From contig NW_024704742.1 of NCBI RefSeq assembly GCF_018977255.1, forward strand, positions 122,080,001 to 122,144,000: 64,000 nt of DNA, written 5' to 3'. Source of the DNA: Callorhinchus milii (Eukaryota). Made by a program: the position numbers and the translations under genes. Under the pieces are notes generated by a model. It saw nothing but the letters and a program-made list of their open reading frames with translations. It was not told the origin of the DNA and did not search any database. Of the stretch, positions 11,520-24,415 are shown piece by piece; the first letter of the stretch is position 1; each line of letters starts with the position of its first letter.

Positions 11520-12939
11520 ACGTAGTAGAGTAAATCTAGACCCAGATATAATTCTACCCATTGATTTTTGTTGGTCTGGGTTTCTGTGCAGTCCAAAGTT
11601 CCAAGGTAATAAAAATTTAATTGCAAACTTTCTTTACTCTAGGATGCTTCATTTGGTCCTACATTATGAATGTAAAAAGAAACCTTTGCAGAATGTAGCA
11701 AGCTCACAGCCTGAAAATCCTTCCATCAACATTTGGTTCAGATTTTCAAACTGCTACATTTGGAATACAATTTTAGATGTTAAACAATAACAAAAGAAGA
11801 GGTAACATCTAACATAAGATGACATAACATATGCAAAATGTGAAATCTGAGACTTCAAAACTATGGCCTGTATTATGGTAATAATAAATGCTCTGGCACA
11901 CTTTATCATGGAATAGGGATTAGACTGACAATGTACAAAGTGTGGCTGGAAAGTTCATTACTGCAAGTGATAACTAATGAGACTTTCAGGAACAAATACA
12001 GGTGAACCCTCCCGACCCTTCCATAATGCCTGTTGATGTAGCATTGCCACACTTTTACACTGAGGACCGCTGCTGACTAGTTGGCTTCCCTTGTCATAAA
12101 AGAGCTGGCTTGCGTGTCACCAAGGACGGTTCTAACATTCATTCCTGTGTGTTGAACAGGAAGCATCGTGAACGACATTTCCTGTGCAGTGCACATGCGC
12201 AGGAAGCACCATTAATGACACACTCTGCAGAATTGTGTACAGGACGCTCTGCTGACATTGTTTCCTTTGCAAACTGCATCATTGGTGCTTCCTGCGCACA
12301 ATGTGATGTCAGAGATGAACTGTCAACCTGGAAGTCTTCCTTTTTTTACTTCATCACTTAGAACATCACTCTGCTGTGCTCAATTGGCTGCTGTATTTCG
12401 CCCACAAAATATACAGTCAATTCACTTTACAACTGTATCTTGTGAAGTGCTTTGAGACATCTTGAAGACGTCCAACAAGGTTTCCCTGTATTCCTAAAAT
12501 GTAAATTGTGTAATAATACTAAGCTAATTATTATTCATATTCTGTTTATTCAGGTAGATATTGAGGGATCGATGTACCATTCCAAAAGATAAAGGGAGTT
12601 TCATTCAGTGTCTTGGGCAACAATTCTCCAAATAAATTAGTCATTGACACCCTGTCTGTTTGTGGGTCATTCCTGTGTGCAAAATTGGTAGCTGAGTTCA
12701 ACCACAAAAACACAATCACGACACTTATTTAACAGTAATTCATATGAAGCACTTTGAGATATTAATGTTATAGGCAGTATATCAATTTCAAGGATTATTA
12801 CGAAGAGAATGACTGTGTACAAACATAGTTGTCATTACCAAACCAACTGGAGAACAAAAGTGGCTTTAGCTATCTTAATTATGATTTTACTCAAGATTAC
12901 GTTCATTGAACTCATTTTCACAACAATTGAGCATGCATC

Positions 12940-13228
12940 AGTACCTTTTGGTGTCTGGCCTTCTGCACGTCCCTTATCCCTTCAGGTCCACTATCAGAAG
13001 CTGTGTTTTCAGCACTATGCCCCGAAACTCTGGAACTCTTTCCCTCAATCGCTCTGCCTTGCCCCCTTCTCGACTTCCCCATTTTCAGATCATGCCTAAA
13101 GACCTTCCTTTTCGACCGTGTCTACGGTCACCTCTTCCCGGCACCAGCGTCAGGTTTCACCACTGATAAGTGTTCCGATTCGTTACCCTGGGTGAAGGGC
13201 GCTATATAAATGCAAGTTTTTTGTTGCT
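12940..13228 (+). mobile_element. Older L2 3' fragment
   Basis: SGLLHVP and APKLWNSFPQSL and LKTFLFDR appear in shifted frames; tail gcgctatataaatgcaagttttttgttg. Confidence 0.8.
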
Positions 13229-15805
13229 GTAGCAGTGCACGATATGTGTCCTTCGCTCGGAGAGATTTACAGTGTGTGTTACAAATACAGTTATTAGTAA
13301 GCTATAAATATTTGATCTGTGATGGGTGTCGGAAAGGCTTTTCAAAATCTCCTTTTCAAAAGCCACCATCTGATAACAAGGTGAAGTTTGGGTGAACAGA
13401 TTTTTTATAACGTTGTGCATTAGCACTAATTGGCATGATTTGTTCATAACTTAACAACCTTATTTGGTACATTTTAATAAACTTCAATATTATTCAACGT
13501 TATTCATAGGAAGATATTTTGCAGCATTTGTTTAAGAACTACAGAAAATAGGCTCCTTAGTTAAAGTGAATTTAACAATTTGCCAATCGTGTATGAAATG
13601 CTATATTGATACAGTAAATCTAGTCCCAGGTGGAATTTCATCCCAATGGTTTCTCAATTTGGTGAGACTAGAATGTAGTCATAGAGGCTTCTGGTGATCA
13701 CAGGAGATAGTCAAATATCTTTTCCGAGCCAAGTTCTGATGGATCACAGTATAACACATTAGAGAATTAATGCTATTTGCAAATTAATGTGCAAATCTTG
13801 CAACTAAGACTTAACAACTAAGAATTAACAGGAAGAATGTATTTTAAATTAAAACAATTCATCCACTTTGATGTAAAATAGGGTCAAATTCCAACCCAAA
13901 AGCCTTGTCTTGATTTGCATCCAACTACAATTAATACTTCGTAAAAGAACATGATTGCTTTGCTAAAGCTGCTATAAGCCTTTTATTGCTCCATGCAAAA
14001 TGTGTTTCAAAACCATCAAAATCCTAAATTGCTTGTATGGTATCTTGATCTTCTTATGCAATTCATTATTATTATGTAACAAAACATTATATGATTGTCG
14101 GAAATAAATGCTGAAAGAAAATCCTAATAAAGTGCACCTTTATTAGCATTGCTACCATCTCCAGAGATTATGCTGTTAGCTTTCACAGTGCAGATTTAAC
14201 TGCTGCATATTTTTTCCATTTAATACTGGAGTGCGGTTAAAATAAAGTAGCAACAAAAGATAATACAGACTTAGAATATTCCCTACACAATTGCTACCAT
14301 TTAATTTAGGCAAATAAATATATTGGAAAAGACCTGAGTTATAATGTAGTAATCTCATCAAAGACTTTAGTCATTCTCATCAACTGAGAGAGCAAAGTCC
14401 AAGTACCTTACAATGGCTAACAGAACCTAAATCGCTCCTATTTCATTGATGGACAAATATGGAAGCTTTCATCAAAAAAGACCATTCATCCGATTGTGTC
14501 TGTGTTACTGCAATCTCTGTTACTAAATCTTCCCTTTGTTAATCCCATTCCTTGGCCATATCGCTAAATGTTTTTATAGCCCAGGTGTTTATCTGGTTCC
14601 TTTTTTAATGACTCTATTGATGCAACCTCAAGAAGCACTTAAATTCCAAACACTAAAAATGCTTTGAGTTTAGGAAGACATTCCTTATAACGTTCCCCTA
14701 AATAATCCGGAGACTATAACAAATTAATAATAATGCTCCTTGCATTTAATATAACAATAATAATAATAATATTTGCATTTGATATAATGCCTTATCACGT
14801 CTTCGAGATGTCTCAAAGCGCTTCACAGAATAACTATCAAGTGAATTGACTGTAATATTTTGTGTGCGAAACAATACATAATACCTAACCTTCTCAATCT
14901 TTTTGTTCTTTCAAATGGCAAGTGATTGGTCCAGATTGGTGAGTCAGTAGTAGCTTCAAAAGTGGTTTGGTGTAAGTCTGAGATGCTACCGGCAAAGTGG
15001 GCAAAGGATTGAAGTGGGCACAATGTGGTCCGTAGTTAGTCACTGGTGTCTGCAATCAGCAAACATACGTGATAGTCCTGTTGTGTGTTATTGGTTAACA
15101 CACTGAATGTTGTCGAAAGGCAACCAGACATCAATTTGTCGACCTCCAGGTATGATTAGTAATCTGCTCAATGATGATAGTGACTGGTGCACCTTCATTT
15201 TGTTATGCGCTGTACCATTCTGTTTACACAAAGGCTATCATACTTTGCTGTATGCATTTTTGAGGGCCACATTCATGTTAATACAATATGATGGTAAATG
15301 TGGCATCAAGTACTGAATATACGGTCCTCAATTCTCCAGGACTTCTAACTGTGCTATCTCTCCAGAGAGTTCTGCAGGGTATCAACCACACAGTGAATCA
15401 GCATTGTGTTAGACGCAGGTTGTGACGAGTGACATCAGGTATATGATGCCTCCAGGTTGCATCATCTGCAGTATTTAGCAGTTGTAGGGTTTATTCTGTA
15501 CCATTTCAACAAAAACAAAAACATCAGATTGCATTTATATAGTGCTTTTCACGTCAGGAGGATATCCCAAGGTGTTGGATATTACTAATAATATAATAAT
15601 AATAATCCATGCATTTGATCAAGGATCACATCTTCGAGATGTCTCACAGCACTTCACAGAATATACTGTAAAGTTAATTGACTATATTTTGTGGGTGAAA
15701 CCGAGGATTTGCATTGAGAGGGCAAGGAAGGGTCATGTGGGAGGATACGATGGGCCGAATGGTCTCCTTCTGTGCTGTATAATTCTATGATTTTATGACA
15801 GAAGG

Positions 15806-16011
15806 CACAGTCAAAAGGGGCAAGGAGAAGGGATTCTAGGATAGAGTTCCACAGGGTGGGGGTAGAAAGACGTAGGCCTGACTGCTAATGGTAGGGTGTG
15901 CTGGGAGCAGGCCAGTCCCTGCCGAGCGGAGGAAGGGGTCAGGTAGGTATATATTTTTAGCAGGTTGCAGAGGTAGGGAGAGGCAAGACCATGCAGTGTT
16001 TTTAAATAATA

Positions 16012-16042
<31 letters not shown>

Positions 16043-16380
16043 CCTTGCATTTGGTATAGCGCCTTATCACATCGTTGAGACGTCTCAAAGTGCTTCACAG
16101 AATTTTCGGTAAAGTGTAGTGACTGTGCGCTTTGTGAGTGAAACAGGCAACCAATTGCGCAAAGCAGTGTCCCACAAACAGTCGTGGATTGAGTGACCAT
16201 ATAATTTTTTTTGAGGGATGAATACCCCCGGAAAATGATCCACCAATCGACTAACAAGCGGGTTCCTACTTACTGCTAGGTAAACAGAAGTGTGTGAAGG
16301 AAGGAAACTTGCCTCAGTGAGGATGAGGATCTTAAACTCAATCCTCTGGGGGATGGGGAGTCAGTGAAGCCGAACGAGGA
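15806..16380 (-). mobile_element. L2 3' fragment interrupted by a SINE at 16005-16313
   Basis: Minus strand reads ...LPIPQRIEFKILILT / [SINE] / KTLHGLASPYLCNLL..., contiguous L2 ORF2 once the SINE is removed. Confidence 0.75.
16005..16313 (-). mobile_element. tRNA-Ala SINE, long subfamily, lacking head
   Basis: (ATA)n tail, Deu-like core, and an extra internal segment shared with the 41124 copy. Confidence 0.85.
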
Positions 16381-17579
16381 CAACAACTTATATAGTGCTT
16401 CATGCAGGACAGAGTCTTGGAGCACATTCGAGACATTCAGAGTCAATTGAGGGAGAGAACTGATTTCCCTCGCCTACCCCCAGCCCCGAATGGACACATT
16501 TCGGGAAAACAATGCAACATGAAGTATGATAAATATCACATTGATGAAAATTGCAGTCAAATTATCAATAATTATCTATGACAACTCCATGGGTGGGGGG
16601 AAGGGGAGGTTTTGTGTTGCCTTCATCTCAACCATTACACCATTATTGGGAGGTGGGCTCATTCTATGTAAAGGGCACTATTTAAATATACATTGTTGTT
16701 TGACTGAAATTTTTTACAATGTGATAACTATGAAATCACATGTCACATTTTGTATTCATTATTGCATCATGTAGAGAAGTACATTGATTTGTGACATTGA
16801 GACTTCTATGACAACTGATGGCCGAGGAACTTTATATCCTCCATATTAGTTGGGTGTCAACCTAGCCAAGCCATGGTTGATCGCATGGTTTTGTGGCTTC
16901 TAAAAATATTTTTCACGATAATTTCAGATGATGTTGCTTGTTCTAATGACATTGTATTACTGGAATCATCAAGAAAACTTTAAACTGCGGTGCCAGAGAA
17001 AATTACTTTATAGTGAACCGTCTAGTATTTTACAGGAAACACTTTGTACCCTGAATTCTGCTCCTTGTTTGCGGAGAACTCAGTAAAGCAAAATGCCATG
17101 AAACAGAAACATTACTTTATGTTGGCAGCAGTCACAAGTAGAGATCTTATTGTTCTTGTTGTAGCTGGAATAATACAATGGTAACTTTCATGTCTCAGCG
17201 TTGAATAAGGTGAAGCTATTCACTGGATTGCAGCTGGATTCTTTATCTCCAGATTCTTTATCTCGTGCAGAATAGTTTAAGTAACTTGTACAGAGTGGCA
17301 CAAATAGTAATCTCTGAATAAAAGGACTGTTTGCTGCAAGTAGCCTCTGGATTTAAGACCACATGAACCATTATTTGTATTAAAAATAAATAAAACTGAG
17401 AACCTGTTATGTCCTCATGGTTTTAGATTATGGATCTTAAAATGTAAGACTGAAATTTGGAAAAATCTTGAAATCATTCTTAATTTGGAAGATGGTTGTC
17501 TGCAGTTCTTCAATAGGAGAGAACAAAATGCCACCACACCAAGACCATCCGTTTTGCTCTTTAACCTTTTTCTGCCCCA

Positions 17580-17900
17580 TATAATAATAATCCTTACATT
17601 TGATATAGGGAGGATGTCTCAAAGCCCTTCACAGGATATACTGTAAAGTGTGTTGTTTTTAGGCAAACTTGGCAGTCAATTTGTGCACAACAGTGTTCCA
17701 CCAAACAGCAACAATGTGAATGACTAATTTTGTCTGAGGAATTGCTGGCCAAGAGACTGGGAGAAACTCCCTTCTCTTTTCGAATAGTGGTACGGAATCT
17801 TTAACTTTCAACTGAACAGACAGACGATCTAGGTTTAACGTGCTCATCCAAATGACGACACCTCTGCCAATGCTACATACCTCAGCATTACATTGGAATT
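17580..17900 (-). mobile_element. Old Deu-type SINE
   Basis: Tail ataataatccttacatttgata; core ggcagtcaatttgtgcacaacagtg; gggagaaactcccttctctttt. Confidence 0.7.
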
Positions 17901-18294
17901 TTACTCCCTTTCATGCCTCTATTGTTTGTGTGGTATACTTGTTAATTGCTGTATCCTTGGATTGTTTAGGTGTCACTAGAGACCCTTAGGAAGACAAATA
18001 ATAAACAGAAGAAAAACACACTGTCAATTTATTCAAAAAGTGTACCAAGAAAATTGGTTTCTTTTCAATAAATGCTGCATCTGCTGGGCCTGACAGTGCA
18101 TAATTCTGTTGAGTCAGATCAATAAACTATTACCAATTGCTTTTTTGGGCTGGCAGAGATGGAGATATTGAACCTAAAGGTCTGAGCTCTATCGTCATTT
18201 GTGAGGTCTGATGGCTTTGGATGTGGCATAAGTGCAAGTGATAACCAAACTCAAATCTACAAACTTGGTTGAAGGATCCCAAACACATTGCAGT

Positions 18295-18418
18295 CAATTG
18301 TTTCGCCCACAAAATATACAATCAATTCACTTTACAGTATATTCTGTGAAGCGCTTTGAGACGTCTCGAAGACACGATAAGGTGCTATGTCAAATGCAAG
18401 GATTATTATTATTATTAT
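18295..18418 (+). mobile_element. SINE 3' fragment
   Basis: cgcccacaaaatataca...gaagcgctttgagacgtctcgaagacacg...caaggattattatt. Confidence 0.85.
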
Positions 18419-19019
18419 AATTGAGTGGCAATATAAAAGCAATAGCAATACCATTGCAACTTAAATTTATTGTGTGCAGAAAATGGTTAGAAAGCGCAAT
18501 AAGCAAAATGATTGAAAATCACATTTTACATAATAGAATATAATTACTGTACACAGTACGGATGAAGCCATTGATATCTGTGGACAATTTGCATTATATT
18601 AACTAACAGAATTCTGTCACTCACATACATTAAATGGGCAATTTTGCTTGAATAAAATTACTTTGAAAGAAAAGTCACCATGCTTATGCGTAGGAGATAG
18701 CACATCATCATCATCATAATCCTTACATTTGATATAGACCTTTCATGTCAATGTGCTTCACAGGATTTACTGTAAAGTATAGTGACTGTGTTTTGTAGGC
18801 AAACATGGCAACTAATTTGTGCACATCAGTGCAATGTGCAAGTCCTACAAAAAACAATGAAGTGAATGACCACTTTTATTTGGGAGGTTGTTGGCTAGAA
18901 CATTGGGAGAAGTTCCCTTTTGTTTTTGAGTAGTACCAGCGGATCTTTAACGTTCACATGGATGGGCAGGGATTGCCCTGATGTTTCTCTTGACTGAATA
19001 AGCACTAACATTCATGATC

Positions 19020-19405
19020 CAGAGTTACAGAGAGTGAAATAGCACAGAAACAGATTATTCAACCCAACTCGTCCATCATACACCATGTGTATTGAATTGA
19101 TACTATTTGTTTCATCCACAGCTTCTGTCAATGAGTTCCACATTCTCACCACCCTGAAAAAGTTTCGCCTAAACTCCATAATCGATCTTCTACTGGCTCT
19201 TTTATATCAATGCCGTCTAGTTTTCAACTCAACAACAGGTGAAAATAGCCTATCCACATTGACCTCATCAAATCCTTCCATCCTCTTAAACACTTCTATC
19301 AAGTCTCCTCTCAATCGTCTCAGTGCTAAAGGGAATAGCTGTAAACTTTCCAATCTTTCTTGATAGTTGTATCCACGCATCTCTGGTAACATCCTTGTAA
19401 ATCTA
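19020..19405 (-). mobile_element. CR1-clade LINE 3' fragment
   Basis: ORF 19207-19392 (YQERLESLQLFPLALRRLRGDLIEVFK...) is the CR1 ORF2 C-terminus. Confidence 0.85.
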
Positions 19406-19748
19406 CATAAGCCTCTGGGATGCTATCCTGCATGAGGGGCACTATATAAAGTTGTTGTTGCACTCACATGAAAAACAACCTCTAGTGAGGTACAGTACTA
19501 GAGTGCCACTTGTTCCACTGGAAACACTTCTAAATTGTAAGAGTAATAAACGTTTGGAATAGTCTACCAGGCAAAGTCACAGAGTTAGAAATATTGGACT
19601 ATTCAAAATACTGTACAGTCCTATATGCCGTGATGCGAGAGTTAATATATCAGCGCTTAACTGGGCTTCAATGACTAGCTATGTGATAATATGTGGTAAA
19701 CTTCAGCAGTATCCCAACACACACTCTGGTGTCTCCAAACTTGGCTCT

Positions 19749-20735
19749 TAAGAATATAAGAATTAGGAGCAGGAGTAGGCCATTCGGCCCCTCGAGCCTG
19801 CCCTGCCATTCGATAAGATCATGGCTGATCTTCTGACCTAACTCAAATTACCTGCCCTATCCCCATTTCCTCTAATCCCTCATTTTTAAAAAATCTATCA
19901 GTCTCAGCCTTGAAGATGTTCAAGGACTGAGCATTTGTGGAGTCCTGTAGTTCAGTGGTTAGAGCACTCGCTTTGCAAGTGAGAGACCTGAGTTCAATTC
20001 CAGGCAGGGCGAAACCTTGGGCAAGTTTCCTTACTCCACATGCCTAATAATAATCCCACCAAAAACAATAATAAATCGGTCATTTTCAATCTACGACTGT
20101 TTGTGGGACATTGCTGTGCGCAATTGGCTGCCGCGTTCGCCCACAAATATACAGTCAATTCACTTTACAGTGTGTTCTGTGAAGCGCTTTGGGACGTCCT
20201 CCCGACGTGAAAAGCTCTATATCAAATGCAAGGATTATTATTATTATTATTATCTATAGCCTTCTGGGGTAGTGAATTCCATACATTCACTGCACTCTGA
20301 GTGAAGAAATGTTTCCTCAACTCTGTTCTAAAAGGCTAACCCTTAATTTTAAGACTGTGACCCCTGGTTATAGATTCTCCTACCAGGGGAAACAGACCCT
20401 CAGTGTCTACTTTATCCAGCCCTTTAAGAATCTTATATGTTTCAATAAGATCTCCCCTAATTCTTCTGTACTCTAGAGAATATAGCCCTAGTTATTCAGC
20501 CTATCCTCAAAGGTCAGTCCCCTCATCCCAGGAACTAACTGAGTGAATCTACGCTGCACCCTCTCTAGGGCAAGTATGTCCTTTTTTAAATAAGGAGACC
20601 AAAACTGCACACAATACTCTAGGTGCGGTCTCACCAAGGCCCTATACAGTTGCAGCAAGACTTCCCTACTCTTGTACTCTAAACCTTTTGCAATGAACGC
20701 TAACAGGCCGCTCGCCTTCTTAGTTGCTTGCTGCA
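19749..20735 (-). mobile_element. CR1-clade LINE 3' ~670 bp, interrupted by a SINE
   Basis: ORF 20488-20736 (GLEYKSREVLLQLYRALVRPHLEYCVQFWSPYLKKDILALERVQRRFT) is CR1 ORF2; 3'UTR hairpin region and ttctta-type tail near 19750. Confidence 0.92.
19937..20253 (+). mobile_element. Young full-length tRNA-Ala SINE
   Basis: Head gtggagtcctgtagttcagtggttagagc (A box) and gagttcaattcc (B box); Deu-like core; L2 tail; (TAT)n. Confidence 0.95.
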
Positions 20736-21735
20736 ATTAACGTAGCTGCAACAACCTATACTTAATACTCTCTGGAATTAGGTAAGCATGGTACACCCAT
20801 CCAGCGAGACATCCCATTCCACTCCCAGATACATAGAAATTACCATTTGTAGGTGGCTCCAAGACACTGACACCCATGCAGGCATTGTATAAATGCAAGT
20901 TGTTGTTGGATTTAATTACCCCATAGCATGCAGAGAGGTTTCTGCAGGTGTCAAACACAAAATATACAATCAATTCACTTTATAGTTATTCTGTGAAGCA
21001 CTTTGAGATGTCTCAATGATGTGATAAGGCGCTATATCAAATGTAAGGATTATTATTATTATTACCTGGCTGAAATTGGGCTCAGTGGCCTTTTCTCAAA
21101 CCTGACCTTTCTTACGTTCAACCCATCTTCAATGTGTCTCTCTCAGACTAGCAAGATGATTCCACTTCAGAATTTACTTAGCAATCACATTACAAAGCGT
21201 GTTGCTGAGGGAGACAAAACTGACTGTGAGAAATTCCCACAGGAGATGAAGTATTACCATTATTATTTCCACAGAGATGAGAATATTCAAATCCTAGACC
21301 ATCGTTCAGTCTGCTGTAAGAGAAGGTTTGTATGTCATTCAACAACTGAAGTTAGTTGCCTGATGCAAAATTGTGATGTCTACATGGTGGTACAATCATC
21401 CATTGATACAGTCCATTTATTAATAATACTCTTGCTTTATCCCATAGTTCAGAAGAATAGATGCGCTTCCATTTTCTTACCTCATTATGCTAACAACCTC
21501 ACTATGTCATCTACAAAATCAATGGCAATAATAACCTGTATTGCTCCATTCAATTATTCACTGGTTAAGCTATGGTCCTGATAATAACTGCTAAAAAAGG
21601 AATATGATTATGAGAAGGGGTAGTTTCAGTTCACAGTACTCCCTCTTTTAGGCCTGATTTGCATAGGTTCACAGATAATCTTGCATTTGATAGAGCATCT
21701 TATCACTTCATCAAAGCATTTCACAGCTTCACAAG

Positions 21736-22048
21736 ATAATAATCCTTGCATTTTGATATTGCGCTTTTCACATCTTCTAGACATCTCAAAGTGCTTCACA
21801 GAATTTGCTGTAAAGTGAATTGACTGTATATTTTGTGGGCGAAACCCGGCAGCCAATTGCGCACAGCAGTGTCCCACAAACAGTCGTGGATTGAAAACGA
21901 CCAATTTATTATTGCTTTTGTTTTTGGAGGGATTATTATTAGGCGTGTGGAGTAAGGAAACTTGCCCAAGGTTTCGCCCTGCTTGGAATTGAACCCAGGT
22001 GTCTCGCTTGCAAGGCGAGTGCTCTAACTACTGAGCTGAGGACTCCAT
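21736..22048 (-). mobile_element. Full-length tRNA-Ala SINE inserted in an older SINE
   Basis: Complete reverse-complement copy. The flanks (cttcacaagat / agatactactgtaaag) rejoin into an old SINE tail; possible short TSD agat(a). Confidence 0.93.
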
Positions 22049-24159
22049 AGATACTACTGTAAAGTACAATGACTGTGTATTCTGTAGGCAAATAGAGCTG
22101 CCAATTTGCACACAGTAATGTACCACAAACAGACATAAAGTACGTGATCAATTTCTATCTGAGGGATTGCAGGCTATGACACCGGGATAAACTTCATTCT
22201 TTTTTTGAATAGGGCTAACTGAGCCAGGCTGACACACAATATGTATTACAGATAGGGAAGTCTCTTTGTCCATGTCATCACTTCCTTTCAGAATACCCAC
22301 TGCAATGTTTTCCTTTTACACCATTGGAAGATGTACAATTTCAGATTGGGTCATCACTGGAAAGTAATTCATTTAACATCAGTTAAAGGTTTAGTCAACA
22401 AGTCACCCTACTGATTAATCAGATAGCCTGATGTGCGTTATGATATCTGTGAGATTCTTTACTGGGACAGACACAATGGGCTGAATGGCCTTCTACAAAT
22501 TTCTATGGTCTATCAAGGGTTTCTATCAATTCTTTTTTGGATGCCAATTGAAAGCCACTAATTATTTTGTAATTCAGCCTGAGCTGTGTACACACCAGCT
22601 CTAAGGCTACGCTGAGCAACAAAACGACTCTTATCTGGGATGAAAAAACATGATGCCCACTTTTGATTCAATGGCTTTCGCTGAATTCATTGATTCAGCA
22701 GCTCAGTTCACGATTAGCATGAGTTTCTGCACAATGAATTAAGCTGAAATGTTGCATCTCCATAATGGGAAGCAACAAAAGGCAGATTCGCCTTTCAAAG
22801 TAAGTGAGTATGTTTTTAATGATATTAAGAGCCCTGTGGGGGAGAAAGAGAAAGAAATCACCTTATAATGAAAGTAATTCCGCACAGTAATCTGGAAAAT
22901 TCTGAAATTTGCAATGGTAGCAAAATCTGGGTTGAAACTAAGGCAATCTGTTTCATCAAGGATGATGCCTTTTGTCACTGACAATTGGAATAATAATAAC
23001 TGGTAGCACAGCATTCCGAAGTTTCTGCTGAAACTTGCTCAGATCTTTCCCAAGCATCGAAGAGTTAATGATGTTGAAAGCTGGCAAGTTGTCAGTGGCA
23101 CCCAATATATGCAAACTAGGTCTTTTTCTCATGTGTGGAATGTAAAAATGACGCAAAATCAAATGGGGGGGGTGGGAGGCAGTGGGTAAGGGGAGGTTAA
23201 AGAGATAAAATCAGGCAGCATGCCATAAGAATGTTTTTCCTGCCAAATTTTAATTTCCAGAGTTGCATCCTTGAAACTCCTTTAACTATTTCAGCTCTGA
23301 AATGCATTTTTTATTTCAAGCTGAATTATTATAATGTGTAATGTTAAAGATCTGTTTACAACTAATAATTGGTTGATCCTTGTCAAGCTGTCAGTGATCT
23401 GTGAGCGTGTTCACCTGCAAATACATAGTACACAGGAAATCATGTGAAGCATTTTGAAATATTTTGACAATATTAAAAAGCACTATATCAAATGCAAAGA
23501 TTATTATAGCCCTCGATTTTATCAACAAAACTGGCAAACTAAGTAGAAAACAAAATATTTATTGTTTGAATAAAATATCTGATGTTAAGCTCCAGTTGGC
23601 TACTGAATTTTGGCTATTCCTTTCAAAAGTTTGTCTTGGTTGTTTGAAAAGATTGAATTACATTTCAAATGATGAATTGGGCTGAGATGGTTGAATTTTC
23701 CCTTGTAGATACTCATTGACTTGTGGCGGCTTTGCAACATTTTGAGTTTTTAACTTGAGCTCAGTTTACACCTCAGCTGATGTTTACAAAATACATAGTC
23801 ACTACACTGTACAGTATTTGCTGTGAAGCATTTTGAGAAATTCTTCTGTGAAAGGCACTACATCAAATGCAATGATTATTATTGTTATTTTAATAACATG
23901 AATATATAATATATATATATTACATAAAATATTCCCTGCAATGACCATGCCTATTTAAAAATCAGGCTCATGTATATAATTGAAACAGAGTGGAGATCGA
24001 TCCATGTCACAGGATAGATATATTCATGATTCAACTTGCAAATTAATGTATCAAGTATATTTGAAATGGATACTCTTAAAATAAATTAAGAGTTCTGTGT
24101 ATAGGATGGGGATATTTATTTCTATGGTGTGGTTTACTCAGACCCAAGGGGGTTGTCCT

Positions 24160-24415
24160 TCAGAGGAGACGTTCGTCCTTCGGATTAGACATTGTACCAA
24201 GGTCTTGTCTGCCTGTTCAGGTGGACATAAAGATCCCACGGCACTATTCAAAAAGAGAAGGGAGTTTCTCCTGATACCCTGGCCAACAATCCTCCAAATA
24301 AAATCAGTCACTCGCTGTTGTGGGACATTGCTGTGCTCGAACTGGTTCTCCCACAAAATATACAGTCAATCCAGTTTACAGTTTACTGTGAAGCACTTTG
24401 AGACGTATCAAAGGC
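24160..24415 (+). mobile_element. Old Deu-type SINE
   Basis: gtccttcggattagac...aagatcccacggcactattc...tgtgggacattgctgtgc...gaagcactttgagacg. Confidence 0.75.

Larger units (their letters stand above)
19675..20870. repeat. Unrecognised repeat 'family X', split by a CR1 (with nested SINE) at 19749-20735
   Basis: cagcagtatcccaa...ggctctt | ...caacctatacttaatactctctggaattaggtaagc joins to match the uninterrupted copy at 45650-45850. Confidence 0.65.

Noticed and set aside
13415..13440. ttagcactaattggca resembling an LF-SINE motif
   Set aside because: Match is only about 15 bp and the flanks do not extend it.
19937..20012. tRNA-Ala genes at SINE heads (also 22048, 30430, 32564, 45599, 54051, 59888)
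   Set aside because: Each continues into the same ~250-bp SINE body and tail, lacks G3-U70, and has no Pol III T-run terminator directly after the cloverleaf.
21003..21581. 192-aa ORF
   Set aside because: Starts inside a SINE tail, crosses a CR1 3'UTR-like piece, and shows no recognisable domain or convincing splice sites.
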